Shown here one piece after another: positions 28,888 to 38,424 of a stretch of 64,000 bases of DNA. Made by a program: the position numbers and the translations under genes. The stretch lies in contig JBGSVZ010000038.1 of the NCBI GenBank assembly GCA_041752695.1, positions 96,001 to 160,000 on the forward strand. The letters run 5' to 3'. This stretch comes from Terrimicrobiaceae bacterium. Its GTDB lineage: Bacteria > Verrucomicrobiota > Verrucomicrobiia > Chthoniobacterales > Terrimicrobiaceae. How positions within the stretch are numbered: the first letter of the stretch is position 1; each line of letters opens with the position of its first letter. The notes beneath the pieces were generated by a model that ran no database searches, was not told the origin of the DNA, and was given only the letters and a program-made list of their open reading frames with translations.

Positions 28888-29916
28888 ATGAAATCAACCC
28901 GCCTTTTGAGCAAATCGGAAAGTAAGCACGAGGACCTCACCAGCAAAAAACACGCTGAAGATAAAAAGAAGAACGAGAGCTTCAGGGATCGGGAATGGGT
29001 CAGCTCCTCCGAACCCACCCCCCGGGACTCCGTCCCAGGCCTGGAAGGGCCTTGGCGAGGTGAGGCCAGCGGGCTTAGTTATTTCTGGCTTTTGGGGGAC
29101 CTCCAACGCTGCGATCCAAAAGACATCTACCGCGAGAGGGAGAGGCTCCGAAAACAACACACCCATTATCGCGTTGCTATGCAGCGCAAAACCAAAAAGG
29201 GAATCGTCCGGGAGGCAGAAGTCCGAAGGAAACTCCGCTCCCCCGTCCGCACGCTGAATGTGACCTTCGCCCCGTGGACTTTGAGGGCGCTACGCCTCGC
29301 CCCCAAGTGGGAGCAGGACGAAACATTGGGGAAAGCTTTCCGAGCCGCTACAGAGGCTCTGGACGCCAAAGGGCTGCGGCCTTTTGGGTGCGACGTGCAT
29401 TTAGACACCCCGCAGGCCCACGGCTCAATTCACATGCTCTGTTTGGATCCCCAGACGGAGCGCATGGTCCTCATGCCGTCCCAAAGCACCTGGACCTTGG
29501 CGAGCGAGAGGCTCCGCCGAGCTGGCATCGAGCACACAGATGAGCAGAAACGAAAATGGCTGGATGATAATCTCGCGAGGAACGGAGAGACCGCAGACCT
29601 CGCGGCCTTTCGTGCGGCCGATGCGGTCTTAGACGCTTGGGCAAAGGACACAGGAAGATCCGAGGAAGTCGCTAAATATTTGAAAGAATACGCCCCCTGG
29701 AGGGAGGGCCGGCAGGTGAAAAAGGAAAGCAAGCATTTGATCTGGCGATTGCAACACCTGGAGCGCCAAGCACGGCGCCTGGGTATCCTGCGGGGGACCT
29801 TGGTCGTCCCCGCCTTGATCTCTCTGGCGGGCCTGCAAACGCGAAACAAGGTCGAAAAGGAAAAACAGCTCGAACGAGAGCTGCGAAACCTATGCTCAAT
29901 AGACAGGCTTAACTAA
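28888..29916 (+). CDS. Relaxase-like HUH protein (MobV/Pre-like)
   Basis: RKLRSPVRTLNVTFAP (motif II-like) and GCDVHLDTPQAHGSIH (HxD...H motif III-like) at MobV-like spacing. Confidence 0.6.
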   Translation: MKSTRLLSKSESKHEDLTSKKHAEDKKKNESFRDREWVSSSEPTPRDSVPGLEGPWRGEASGLSYFWLLGDLQRCDPKDIYRERERLRKQHTHYRVAMQRKTKKGIVREAEVRRKLRSPVRTLNVTFAPWTLRALRLAPKWEQDETLGKAFRAATEALDAKGLRPFGCDVHLDTPQAHGSIHMLCLDPQTERMVLMPSQSTWTLASERLRRAGIEHTDEQKRKWLDDNLARNGETADLAAFRAADAVLDAWAKDTGRSEEVAKYLKEYAPWREGRQVKKESKHLIWRLQHLERQARRLGILRGTLVVPALISLAGLQTRNKVEKEKQLERELRNLCSIDRLN

Positions 29917-29978
29917 CAATTATTTATCACAATAAATTTACGGAGACAAACTAAGTGCGAGACATTAAATCCAAAACC

Positions 29979-30362
29979 ATGAACGAAACAGAACGCCTTA
30001 TTTTTCAAGTAGGCCACCTCCGTAGGTTGGTAATTTTGCTGATGGCGGTAGTCATCCGTCTGGCATTCAGCAAGAGCAAAGAGGCTCAAGAGCTTCTGAT
30101 CGAGAGGCTGGCCGCCTCTGCCGCCCCCCTCACGGCGATTGATGGCGAGAGCATCTCGCGGGAGATCCCCGAGCTGGCACACGTCCCTAGGCAAATTAAG
30201 GAGCGTCGTCGAATCCAGAAAGAATTTGAAGAAGAGCAGCGTTGGTTTCGTGAAATTTTCGAGAAAATTGTTATTGGCGCGAGAAAGCCGGGGAAGGTTT
30301 TACCTGTTTCGCCTTCCCCGGCTACGCCCGCCAAAAAAGAAGAGGAACAACCTCCCCTCTAA
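29979..30362 (+). CDS. Hypothetical protein
   Basis: ORF from ATG 29979 in the rightward operon. Confidence 0.6.
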   Translation: MNETERLIFQVGHLRRLVILLMAVVIRLAFSKSKEAQELLIERLAASAAPLTAIDGESISREIPELAHVPRQIKERRRIQKEFEEEQRWFREIFEKIVIGARKPGKVLPVSPSPATPAKKEEEQPPL

Positions 30363-30365
30363 GTC

Positions 30366-30578
30366 ATGGAATGGAGTCGGTATAAGGCGTCCCTGCGGCC
30401 CGTCCCTAAAAAAGGCGAGAGCGAAAGCTACGCACGGCCTGAAACGCTGGCCAGTGTCTCGGAAATCAAGCAAGGAACTTTCCTTCATTTACCTAAAACC
30501 TCCCGGACCTGGGAAGTCGTGGCACTCGAATTTCTCGGCAAAGAAAAAACACCGCAGTTGGAGGATCGCGTCGTATGA
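30366..30578 (+). CDS. Hypothetical protein
   Basis: 70 aa; ATGA overlap with the next gene. Confidence 0.6.
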   Translation: MEWSRYKASLRPVPKKGESESYARPETLASVSEIKQGTFLHLPKTSRTWEVVALEFLGKEKTPQLEDRVV

Positions 30579-31291
30579 GTTATCGCGAGTACCAGTCGAA
30601 AAGGGATAGGGAATACGAGTTGGCCTGGGCTCGCTTGACACCTTCGCAAAGGGCAGAGATGACCAAGGCAGGCATTCACGGGCCGCTGGTGCATCATGAT
30701 AAGACTTCGAGGAAACAAGACGACGAACCCCCCCACGACCCGCTAGACCATACTCCCACGCTCTTTCTCGCCCCCCAAGAATCCCGCCGAGACGAATTTC
30801 TCCAACGCCTCCGCGACAAGGTTCCCATGGCCTCCCTCCAAGTTCTGAAAGCCTGCGCAGAACTATTTGAGGAGGAGGTTGAAAAACCCGCCCAAAAGCT
30901 CCGCCAAGCCGAGGCCGCGAATATCGTCACGAGGGTTCTCTTGGTCCTGACAGGCGCAAAGAAAGGCGCAGAGAAAACCGAAATCCCCGCCCTCACGAAA
31001 GTCGCGTTTTATCTCATGACGATTATTGGAATTCTCGACGCCAAATCCCAAGCCGCCGCCGCCGCAAAGCTGGGAATGATCCGACAAACATTCAACAAGG
31101 CGGTTAACGAGATGCGGGATTCCCCTCACCTCAACGGCCTCGAGATTTTCATCTTTGGGGGAACGAAAGAGGCCCGGACAGCCGCGAAAATCCGCGCAAC
31201 AGAAGATCACAAGAACAAACGACTATGCAACCAGAACCAACCGCCACAGACATCATTCCTCGCTCAACTCCGCTCCCGGATGGCAGCGTAA
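30575..31291 (+). CDS. Protein with C-terminal sigma region 4-like HTH; candidate late transcription regulator
   Basis: KSQAAAAAKLGMIRQTFNKAVNEMR; located between replication and packaging genes. Confidence 0.6.
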   Translation: MSYREYQSKRDREYELAWARLTPSQRAEMTKAGIHGPLVHHDKTSRKQDDEPPHDPLDHTPTLFLAPQESRRDEFLQRLRDKVPMASLQVLKACAELFEEEVEKPAQKLRQAEAANIVTRVLLVLTGAKKGAEKTEIPALTKVAFYLMTIIGILDAKSQAAAAAKLGMIRQTFNKAVNEMRDSPHLNGLEIFIFGGTKEARTAAKIRATEDHKNKRLCNQNQPPQTSFLAQLRSRMAA

Positions 31292-31995
31292 CAACCATCA
31301 CAGAAGGGGACATCCTTATCGCCTACGAGGCTCTCATGGCCTCTGTAGAGGGCTGCTTGCGAAAAGCGCAAGAGGCGCATTTTAATATGTATCGCCTCGG
31401 CAAACTCCTATCCCAAAAACAAGAAGAGTTCGTCGAAAAAGGCCAGAGAGAGCAAGGTGTTGGGTTCAAAGCGTGGCTCAAAGAAAAATGTCCAGTCGTC
31501 TCAAAAACGACAGCCTACGAGTGCATTTTCATCTACAGGGAAATCCAAAAGTTGTTAGTCCTTCGTGAAGGACTAACGGATTCCGCCCCAGAAACCACCA
31601 CGTTCCTCGCCGCCTACGAGTCCCTGAGTCTCCCAGAAACTACCTCGTTCCTTGCAATCTACAATTTCTTCAAAAAGGCGGAAGCGGAGCAAAAGCAAAC
31701 GCAAGAGAAGCCGGTCCTACAGGAACCCACCCCCGAAGATCTCGCCCTCAAGGAGAAAAAGGAGGACGAAAAAGCTACGCAAAAGCTCAAAAACGTCCTC
31801 CACCGCTTTTGGGCGACTGTGATTTCCCGCCCTGTCGACAGGTGGAAACAAGGCGAGCAGCGGGAATACGTCACAGACCTCCGCCTGCGGGCAAAGTTGG
31901 TTAAAGATGCCGGTATCAAAGCCGATGGTTTCAAGGTCCGCAAAGACGGAGTCATCGAAATTGATATCCAAATCGAAGAAGAAAAAATCTCATGA
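31225..31995 (+). CDS. DUF3102-like phage protein
   Basis: RLGKLL...GFKAWLKEKCPVVSKTTAYECIFIY. Confidence 0.55.
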   Translation: MQPEPTATDIIPRSTPLPDGSVTTITEGDILIAYEALMASVEGCLRKAQEAHFNMYRLGKLLSQKQEEFVEKGQREQGVGFKAWLKEKCPVVSKTTAYECIFIYREIQKLLVLREGLTDSAPETTTFLAAYESLSLPETTSFLAIYNFFKKAEAEQKQTQEKPVLQEPTPEDLALKEKKEDEKATQKLKNVLHRFWATVISRPVDRWKQGEQREYVTDLRLRAKLVKDAGIKADGFKVRKDGVIEIDIQIEEEKIS

Positions 31996-32276
31996 AAAAC
32001 CTCGATAAAAACGCCGTAGAAACCGCGCTCAAGTCCCTGACCGACACGCTGGTTTCCTTCACCGCACAGAACAACATCACCCGCGTGGATCTCAGAATCA
32101 CCGGTAAAGCCTCGCACCTCTCCGGGACCATCCGGGCAGGCCGGGGCGGTCACGAGATCCAGGCGACCTACGAGACCCAAGCGGTGCCCGCAGGAGCCCT
32201 AACAGAGGCACTGGAGGAAAAACCCAAGGCCACCCGCAAACGCAAAGTTGCAACCACAGAAGCACCGACAGAATGA
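31992..32276 (+). CDS. Hypothetical protein
   Basis: ATGA-coupled on both sides. Confidence 0.65.
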   Translation: MKNLDKNAVETALKSLTDTLVSFTAQNNITRVDLRITGKASHLSGTIRAGRGGHEIQATYETQAVPAGALTEALEEKPKATRKRKVATTEAPTE

Positions 32277-32647
32277 ACGAAACACCCCACATCGCGTTGA
32301 TGGACACGCTGGAAGAGCCAAAGCGTTTCCGTCCCGACAACACCCCAAACCTCTCGCGTCACAAGGCCCGGATGGGAGCGCCTGGAAAGAAGCCAACGCA
32401 AGGCACAAAAGGTGCTTTCGGGAAGGCAAAGAACCTCCCCAAGGACTACGTCTTGAAGGCGGCCCTTTCCCGCCTCGGACGGAAGGCTTGGATCCAGCTC
32501 AACGTACAAGGGTTTCTCTCCGAACCAACACGCGAGGAACTGAACGCCATTGCGCCGGGGCTGGCCGATACGGTCCTTGAGAAGCTTACCATGAGGAAGC
32601 GGCTGCTTGCCGCACAGAAGGCCGCCACGGTGAAGGAGACAGCATGA
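32273..32647 (+). CDS. Hypothetical basic protein
   Basis: ATGA-coupled on both sides. Confidence 0.65.
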   Translation: MNETPHIALMDTLEEPKRFRPDNTPNLSRHKARMGAPGKKPTQGTKGAFGKAKNLPKDYVLKAALSRLGRKAWIQLNVQGFLSEPTREELNAIAPGLADTVLEKLTMRKRLLAAQKAATVKETA

Positions 32648-32841
32648 AAGCGAGCGAACTAATCAAAGCACTAGAGACAGCAATCCAAGAACACGGGGAC
32701 CTTCCGGCCGTTATACAAGACTACGAGTATGGCGATCACAACCACGTTGAAGGAGTGAAACCGGAAGGATTCCTAGTCGCATCATACAGCAAAGACAGAA
32801 CAGGAGAGAACGAACCCGTCCTAGAGATATCTATTGGGTGA
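32644..32841 (+). CDS. Hypothetical phage protein
   Basis: MKASELIKALETAIQEHGDLP, a common small-phage-protein N-terminus. Confidence 0.65.
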   Translation: MKASELIKALETAIQEHGDLPAVIQDYEYGDHNHVEGVKPEGFLVASYSKDRTGENEPVLEISIG

Positions 32842-32986
32842 GGATGGGTTTCCCCACCCCCGGGCTCCTCTGGCGTCTGTGGATGAAATGAAAATCGGGT
32901 GACCAATTTCCCCAAGGCCCCACCCCCCGGGGGGTAAGGAATCTTTTCCCCATACCCGGTGAGGATGGGTTTCCCCACCCCGGGGG
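32837..32986. repeat. Direct repeats flanking a palindrome, candidate cos/packaging site
   Basis: 24-bp GGTGAGGATGGGTTTCCCCACCCC at 32837 and 32958; palindrome ACCCCCCGGGGGGT at 32922-32935; upstream of terS. Confidence 0.6.
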
Positions 32987-33014
32987 TTCTCACGTGCTTG
33001 CAACAAAAACCGAT

Positions 33015-33284
33015 TCAGGGTGACCCACGTTTGATGATACTGAGTTCAAATTCAACATCACCCACCGAGGCGGTAATACTCGCGTCCAAGGCAGCGATTG
33101 CCGCGTCTTCGAGGTCTAAGACCCTGGGCGTCGTCTTAGCGTAGGAATGACCTTTGTCGTCTCGACCCCAATCCAACTTCACGGGAGCCCCATCGACCTT
33201 CATGGTCTGAGAGAGGACTACAACCTTAGAGTGGCCTGTAAAAATTGGAGAGGAACTGAAATCATCGTGGCGGTTGTTGGGCAT
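33015..33284 (-). CDS. Hypothetical protein (counter-oriented moron)
   Basis: ORF MPNNRHDDF... filling the gap before terS. Confidence 0.45.
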   Translation of the reverse strand: MPNNRHDDFSSSPIFTGHSKVVVLSQTMKVDGAPVKLDWGRDDKGHSYAKTTPRVLDLEDAAIAALDASITASVGDVEFELSIIKRGSP

Positions 33285-33345
33285 AGTCGGCCAGATTGAT
33301 TGCCTCTGCCAAAGAAAACAAGCCCTTTGACTCCCTGCCTTGGGT

Positions 33346-33855
33346 ATGCCAAAGGCCAAAGCGCACACCCTCGCCGCCATCGCGAAAGTTTCGGGGATCT
33401 CACGGAAAACCGTCCAGGAAGTATTCTCCCAACCCGGGGCACCGTCCCGGACAGGCGCACTAGAAGACCTTGTCGCCTACTTGCGGAAGGCCGCGTCTGG
33501 GGCCGTCGAATTGCCGGGGGATCTCGCAGAGCAATCCATCCTCATCAAGTTTGAGACCTCGAAACACAGGCGGGACGAAAAGCGCGAGGCCGCCGAAAAG
33601 CTACGCCTCTGGAACCTAGAAAAAAAAGGACAGCTCGTTGAAAGGTCCGAAGTTCGCGCACACGGGGCCGCCCTCGGTATCCTCCTTTCCTCGACGATTT
33701 CGGGTTGGGTGAAAGACCTCCCCACCATCCTCAACGGCAAAGGCGAACGGGAGATGACCTTGATCCTGAAAGACAAAGGCGACGCCCTCATTGCGCAAAT
33801 CCGCGACGCCATCACGAAGGCTGGAAAGGTGAAGGGGGCGAGCAAGGATGAATGA
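33346..33855 (+). CDS. Terminase small subunit (Nu1-like)
   Basis: N-terminal HTH TLAAIAKVSGISRKTV, LEKKGQLVER; overlaps the terL start. Confidence 0.8.
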   Translation: MPKAKAHTLAAIAKVSGISRKTVQEVFSQPGAPSRTGALEDLVAYLRKAASGAVELPGDLAEQSILIKFETSKHRRDEKREAAEKLRLWNLEKKGQLVERSEVRAHGAALGILLSSTISGWVKDLPTILNGKGEREMTLILKDKGDALIAQIRDAITKAGKVKGASKDE

Positions 33856-35734
33856 CCTCCTCGAAGGGATACTCCAAGAGCTGAAGCAACCCGACCGCCG
33901 GCCGATTTCCGAATGGGCTGCGGACGGGAACGTTATCCTCCCGCACTCGAAGCGGTGCCGCGAGTTTCGCTTGGATACCGCGCCATGGTTGCTAGAGCCG
34001 TTGGACTCCATCCCGTTCAACGAATTTTCCTCGATCTGCAAATGCACCCAAGGCGGAGGGACTACCGTCTATGAGGTTTATCTCGCCTGGCTGATTGCAA
34101 ACGCTCCGGTGGACGCCTCGCTCGCCTGCCAGACCGACCCGGACGCGGAACGGATGTTGGAAGAGAAGATCCTCCCGACCCTGAAGGCGAGCCCCGCGAC
34201 AGTGGCGGCCCTCGCCGCTGCGGGACGGAACGACATCACAAAAAACAAAATCAAGTTGGGGAACATGGTATTCCGAGTGCATGGCGTCGGACTCAACTCC
34301 CTTCAATCCGCCTCCCTCGAAGTTTTCATCGGAGACGAATGCTGGCGCTTCGATCTGGGAACTATCCTCGAAATCATCGAACGAACTTCGACCCGCGAGG
34401 CCACGCGGCAAATCGTCATGGTCTCCCAGGCCGGGGAAGAGGAGGTCGATAAAAACGGCCGCGCCATGTGGGACGAATGGGGAGAACACTGGCACAAAGG
34501 CACCCAAGAAATTTACAAAGTCCGCTGCCCTCACTGCCCTACTTATTTCGAGATAGAGACCTCGCACGTGACGGCAGACGAAGTCGCCCGTGACCCCAAA
34601 ACAAAAGTCTGGGACTGGACGAAAGTCCGCGCCACAGCCAAGCTTACAACGCCTTGCTGCAACCGCGTGATCCGAAACACGGAAGCCAACCGTCGCGCCC
34701 TCTCCGCCTCGGGAAAGTATTTCGCGACGAACCCCAACCCAACCCCCCGCCACCGGTCCTTCCGGTTCTCGGCCTGGGTCGTTTACTGGCAAGACTGGGG
34801 CGGCCTCTTGGAGATGTTCCTGCGTGCGCAAGACGCCTTGCAAAGGGGGAATATCGAGCCTCTCAAAATCTGGACCCAGAAAAAGGAAGCCCGGTGGTGG
34901 GAATTGAGGATGAGAGAGGCTCCGGTGATTTCAAACCGGGAGCCATCGGGATACACCCAGGCGACCTACTGGCCTTTCGACAAGCCATACCCCAAGAACT
35001 CAAAAGACACGGTATGGGGGAAGCAACTGGAAAAAGAGAAAGTCCCGCGCTGGTCCGCACTGGATCCAGAAACCCAAAAGGTCGTCTCTATTGAGACTGG
35101 CCGCCTCATGACGATAGACCGGCAGACGGACTGCCTGAAGGTCGTCATCCGCGTTTACTCCCCGCTCGGATCTCGCCTGCTACTTTTCCGCACGGTGTAT
35201 TCGTGGGCACAAGCGAGGGAGCTGCAACTTGCCTACCGCGTGCCAAATTCTTTTGTGGGAGCGGACTCCGGCGACCAACCCCAAGACGTCTATGAGCAAT
35301 GCCACAAATACGGGTGGTTTGCACTGAGAGGTTCATCCTCGAACAGGTGGAAACACCCCGCAAAAAGGAAACACGATATACCTCTCACAAAGCCGTATTC
35401 CCCTCCCCAAAAAGGCGACATCGCGAGATCGCGAGACGGCGCCTTCGCGTGGTACCACGATTGGTCGAACTTGGTCTTCAAAGACATCCTCTCTTACAAA
35501 GTGGCGAGGGATAAATCGTGGGAGATCCCAGACGACGCGGAAGAGGAATACCAAAAATCACTGCACTCCGAGGCGAAAGATTCGAAGACAGGGATATACA
35601 AAAAAGTTGGTGAACGCCCCAACCACGCATGGGACGGCGAGAACATGCAGCTCGTGCTGGCCTGTCTAACGGGAACCATCGCAGACATCGCAATGGACTT
35701 GGAAAGCACAGAAGACGAGGAAGTCGACGCGTAG
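33848..35734 (+). CDS. Terminase large subunit (lambda GpA family)
   Basis: ISEWA, KCTQGGGT, FIGDECW, CPHC Zn motif, ADSG, RPNHAWDGENM. Confidence 0.92.
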   Translation: MNDLLEGILQELKQPDRRPISEWAADGNVILPHSKRCREFRLDTAPWLLEPLDSIPFNEFSSICKCTQGGGTTVYEVYLAWLIANAPVDASLACQTDPDAERMLEEKILPTLKASPATVAALAAAGRNDITKNKIKLGNMVFRVHGVGLNSLQSASLEVFIGDECWRFDLGTILEIIERTSTREATRQIVMVSQAGEEEVDKNGRAMWDEWGEHWHKGTQEIYKVRCPHCPTYFEIETSHVTADEVARDPKTKVWDWTKVRATAKLTTPCCNRVIRNTEANRRALSASGKYFATNPNPTPRHRSFRFSAWVVYWQDWGGLLEMFLRAQDALQRGNIEPLKIWTQKKEARWWELRMREAPVISNREPSGYTQATYWPFDKPYPKNSKDTVWGKQLEKEKVPRWSALDPETQKVVSIETGRLMTIDRQTDCLKVVIRVYSPLGSRLLLFRTVYSWAQARELQLAYRVPNSFVGADSGDQPQDVYEQCHKYGWFALRGSSSNRWKHPAKRKHDIPLTKPYSPPQKGDIARSRDGAFAWYHDWSNLVFKDILSYKVARDKSWEIPDDAEEEYQKSLHSEAKDSKTGIYKKVGERPNHAWDGENMQLVLACLTGTIADIAMDLESTEDEEVDA

Positions 35735-35762
35735 GCGAAAGATTGACGGGACGGCCATCAGC

Positions 35763-36047
35763 ATGGCCAACGCAACCGGCGCGAGAGTTCGCGCAGTCCT
35801 CACTTACTACCGCGTCAAATACACGACGCGGGCCGCACAGATAACCGCCCTGAAGGCGGATTACCTGGCTGCATTTGAAACCACCGAGGCCCAAGGCGGG
35901 AAGACTCTGACCAACTTTGCGGCGGACGGACAGACCATGGGTTGGGCGGTTGGGCTGAACCGTGACGAACGCCTCGACGCCATGGCGCAGGCGCTGGAGA
36001 TCCTCGAAAACAACGCCTCCGGGTGGGGACAAGGGAGGATCCAGTAA
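35763..36047 (+). CDS. Head-completion protein (gpW position)
   Basis: 94 aa between terL and portal, as in the lambda gene order. Confidence 0.55.
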   Translation: MANATGARVRAVLTYYRVKYTTRAAQITALKADYLAAFETTEAQGGKTLTNFAADGQTMGWAVGLNRDERLDAMAQALEILENNASGWGQGRIQ

Positions 36048-37609
36048 TGCCTGAGATCAATCCAGTCCTGTTGTATGGTCCAGATGGGTTTCCGGTCTCG
36101 ACAAAGAAGTTTTTGAACGCCACCCAAAACGGCCCCAACGTCGAGCCGTGGCCTACGCTGTTTGAAGACATCAACAAATCCGTCCCGGTCTATGACAGGC
36201 ACTTCCTTGTTTCGGCGTCGCGCAAACTTTACGCCAACGTGGGTTTCGTGCGCGAGGCCTGCGACGCACGGGCGATCTGCTCTGTAGGCAACGCCTGGCT
36301 TCCCAAATACCAAGGCTCCGACCCAAAAGGAAAAGCGGCCGAAAAATGGTTACGGGACGAATGGCTTTCCAACTGCGAAATTCGCGGGGCGGAGTATGAC
36401 TGGCAAACCGCCCTCTACCTCGAATCCACGAACATGGATCATAGCGGGGACATCGGCGTCTTGCTCACCTACAAAGGCGACAAGGATTACCCGTGGCCTT
36501 GCTTCCAACTTGTGCCTGCGCACCGGGTGCGGTTTCGCTCTGGTCTCTCCACGGGCGTAGTGACTGGCGACGAATGCGAAGGAGCTGCGGCTTACAAAGG
36601 CCGTGCGCACGAGGACGGGGTAATCTTCGGAGACTACGGAGACCCCGTGGCCTACGCCTTGTTGGGCGAGACAGCCGCGCAAGACAAGGTGGTTTCCACC
36701 TGGAATTTCATCCTCCTCAAAGAGCCTATGTTCGTCGGGCAGGCTCGAAGTTTCCCCATTTTCTTCCATGCCATCCGGGAGGCCCGGACGCATATGAAGG
36801 CATCCGAGTACGAAGAGTTTGCCTCGCTGGTGGCGTCCTCTATCGCCCTCACGGAAGACAACGAGACTGGCGGGCCGGAGACACCTAAGATTTCCACAGC
36901 GGACCCCAACGACGTAAATGCGACGCCCACGGTAAACCCTTCGGGGATCACCGCACAAAGCCTTTACGGCGGTCTGATCCGGTATTTCCGGGCGAACTCC
37001 GGAGCGAACCTAAAGGCATTCACCAGCTCCCGTCCCGGGCCAGCCTGGGAGAGTTTCCAAAACCGCCTGGCTCAAATTGCGTGTGCGCCGGTGTGGCCTG
37101 TTGAGCTAATTTTGAGCATGGCGGGAATCCCCGGCCCCGGCGTGAGATCCATCCAAGGCCGCGCAAGACGCCTTGTGAAAGATCGCCAAAGTCTCCTGCG
37201 GAAGGTGGCAATCCGAAAAGTCACCTTCGCCGTTGCCATCGCCATGAAGACGGGGCGAATCGAACGGTTCTCCGACTGGATGAATTGGGGTTTCGTCATG
37301 CCCCCACTGCTAACCATCGACGACGGCAGGGACGCTGCGGCCCGCCTGAACGATTACTTCGCGGGTATCACAAACCTGACCGAAATCCTTGCGGAAGAGG
37401 GCGGAGAGCTGGAACCGCACCTCTACGAACGCGCCCGCGAAATCGGCCGGCGAGAGCAAATCCGCGTGGAAGTCGAAAAAGAAATGGGCGTGCCAATTCC
37501 GAAAGAGGAAATGGCCCGGCCCCCGGCTGGATCGGCTCCGGTCGAACCCGCCAAGGAGGAAGAGCCCCCCAAAAAGAAAGATGACAAGGAGACTACAGAC
37601 GATGAATGA
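36047..37609 (+). CDS. Portal protein (lambda family)
   Basis: SRKLYANVG, DGVIF...G.PVAY, GQARSFP, LTIDDGRD; position in the head operon. Confidence 0.88.
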   Translation: MPEINPVLLYGPDGFPVSTKKFLNATQNGPNVEPWPTLFEDINKSVPVYDRHFLVSASRKLYANVGFVREACDARAICSVGNAWLPKYQGSDPKGKAAEKWLRDEWLSNCEIRGAEYDWQTALYLESTNMDHSGDIGVLLTYKGDKDYPWPCFQLVPAHRVRFRSGLSTGVVTGDECEGAAAYKGRAHEDGVIFGDYGDPVAYALLGETAAQDKVVSTWNFILLKEPMFVGQARSFPIFFHAIREARTHMKASEYEEFASLVASSIALTEDNETGGPETPKISTADPNDVNATPTVNPSGITAQSLYGGLIRYFRANSGANLKAFTSSRPGPAWESFQNRLAQIACAPVWPVELILSMAGIPGPGVRSIQGRARRLVKDRQSLLRKVAIRKVTFAVAIAMKTGRIERFSDWMNWGFVMPPLLTIDDGRDAAARLNDYFAGITNLTEILAEEGGELEPHLYERAREIGRREQIRVEVEKEMGVPIPKEEMARPPAGSAPVEPAKEEEPPKKKDDKETTDDE

Positions 37610-38408
37610 CATGCTGATCATGCCGCAATACGCGGCTCAAATGGCCGCGCAAGTGGCGGAAATGAAACCCTACGTACTCGAAGGGAAGCAACTCACGTGG
37701 GCCGATCTTTTCAGAATGCGACGCCCTACCGCGATTGATGAAAACGGCATCGCCAACGTCCACCTTTACGGCCTTATGGGGGCGAAATGGGACGGGATTT
37801 ACAAACTCCTCGGGATCGTCACGGACTACGACGACCTCGCGCAAGAGTTGAACGCGCTGGCCACGGATAAGCGTGTCATCGGCATTTTCCTCGACAACGA
37901 ATCTGGTGGCGGCAAAGCCCTGGGAGCCCCTGAAATGGCGGACGTGGTTACGGCCGTCGCCGGGATCAAACCAATCCTCTCTTACACGGACACCTACTCC
38001 GCCTCCGCCTGCTATTACCTCGGCTGCGGAGCCTCGGCGTTCTACGCCTCACGTTCTGCAATCGTGGGATCAATCGGAACCCGGGTGGACTGGCTCACTT
38101 GGGCCGGTTACTTGGAAAAACTCGGCATCAAACCCGTCGAGCTGACCTCGACAGGATCAACTCTCAAGGGCGTAGGATCTCCGCACCGCGAACCCACGGC
38201 GGAAGAACTCGCCTTTATCCAGGCGAACATGGACGCCACGAATGCGGCTTTCATTTCGCATGTGAAGGCGGCCCGCCCTGGCATTGACGAGGAAGTTTTC
38301 AAAGCCGGTTTCTACTCGGGAGAAAAAGCAATCGAGTTGGGCTTGATCGACGCCCTGGCAACACGACAGGAAGCCTACGAAGACCTCCTCGCGCTGGCAA
38401 AGAGTTGA
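37602..38408 (+). CDS. S49-family prohead protease
   Basis: LDNESGGG, ASACYYLG, VGSIG, AIELGLID. Confidence 0.92.
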   Translation: MNDMLIMPQYAAQMAAQVAEMKPYVLEGKQLTWADLFRMRRPTAIDENGIANVHLYGLMGAKWDGIYKLLGIVTDYDDLAQELNALATDKRVIGIFLDNESGGGKALGAPEMADVVTAVAGIKPILSYTDTYSASACYYLGCGASAFYASRSAIVGSIGTRVDWLTWAGYLEKLGIKPVELTSTGSTLKGVGSPHREPTAEELAFIQANMDATNAAFISHVKAARPGIDEEVFKAGFYSGEKAIELGLIDALATRQEAYEDLLALAKS

Positions 38409-38424
38409 CGCACAAAAGACCTGT

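Noticed and set aside
31585..31660. PETTxF repeat in the 31225 protein, echoed at about 41460 (CCAGAAACTAC)
   Set aside because: Only an 11-bp match at the distant site; compatible with chance plus a short internal duplication.
33327..33360. TTGAC sites as ordinary sigma70 -35 boxes
   Set aside because: A 17-nt spacer puts the -10 inside the ORF with no TAnnnT consensus at the sites checked, and the transcript would omit the start codon.
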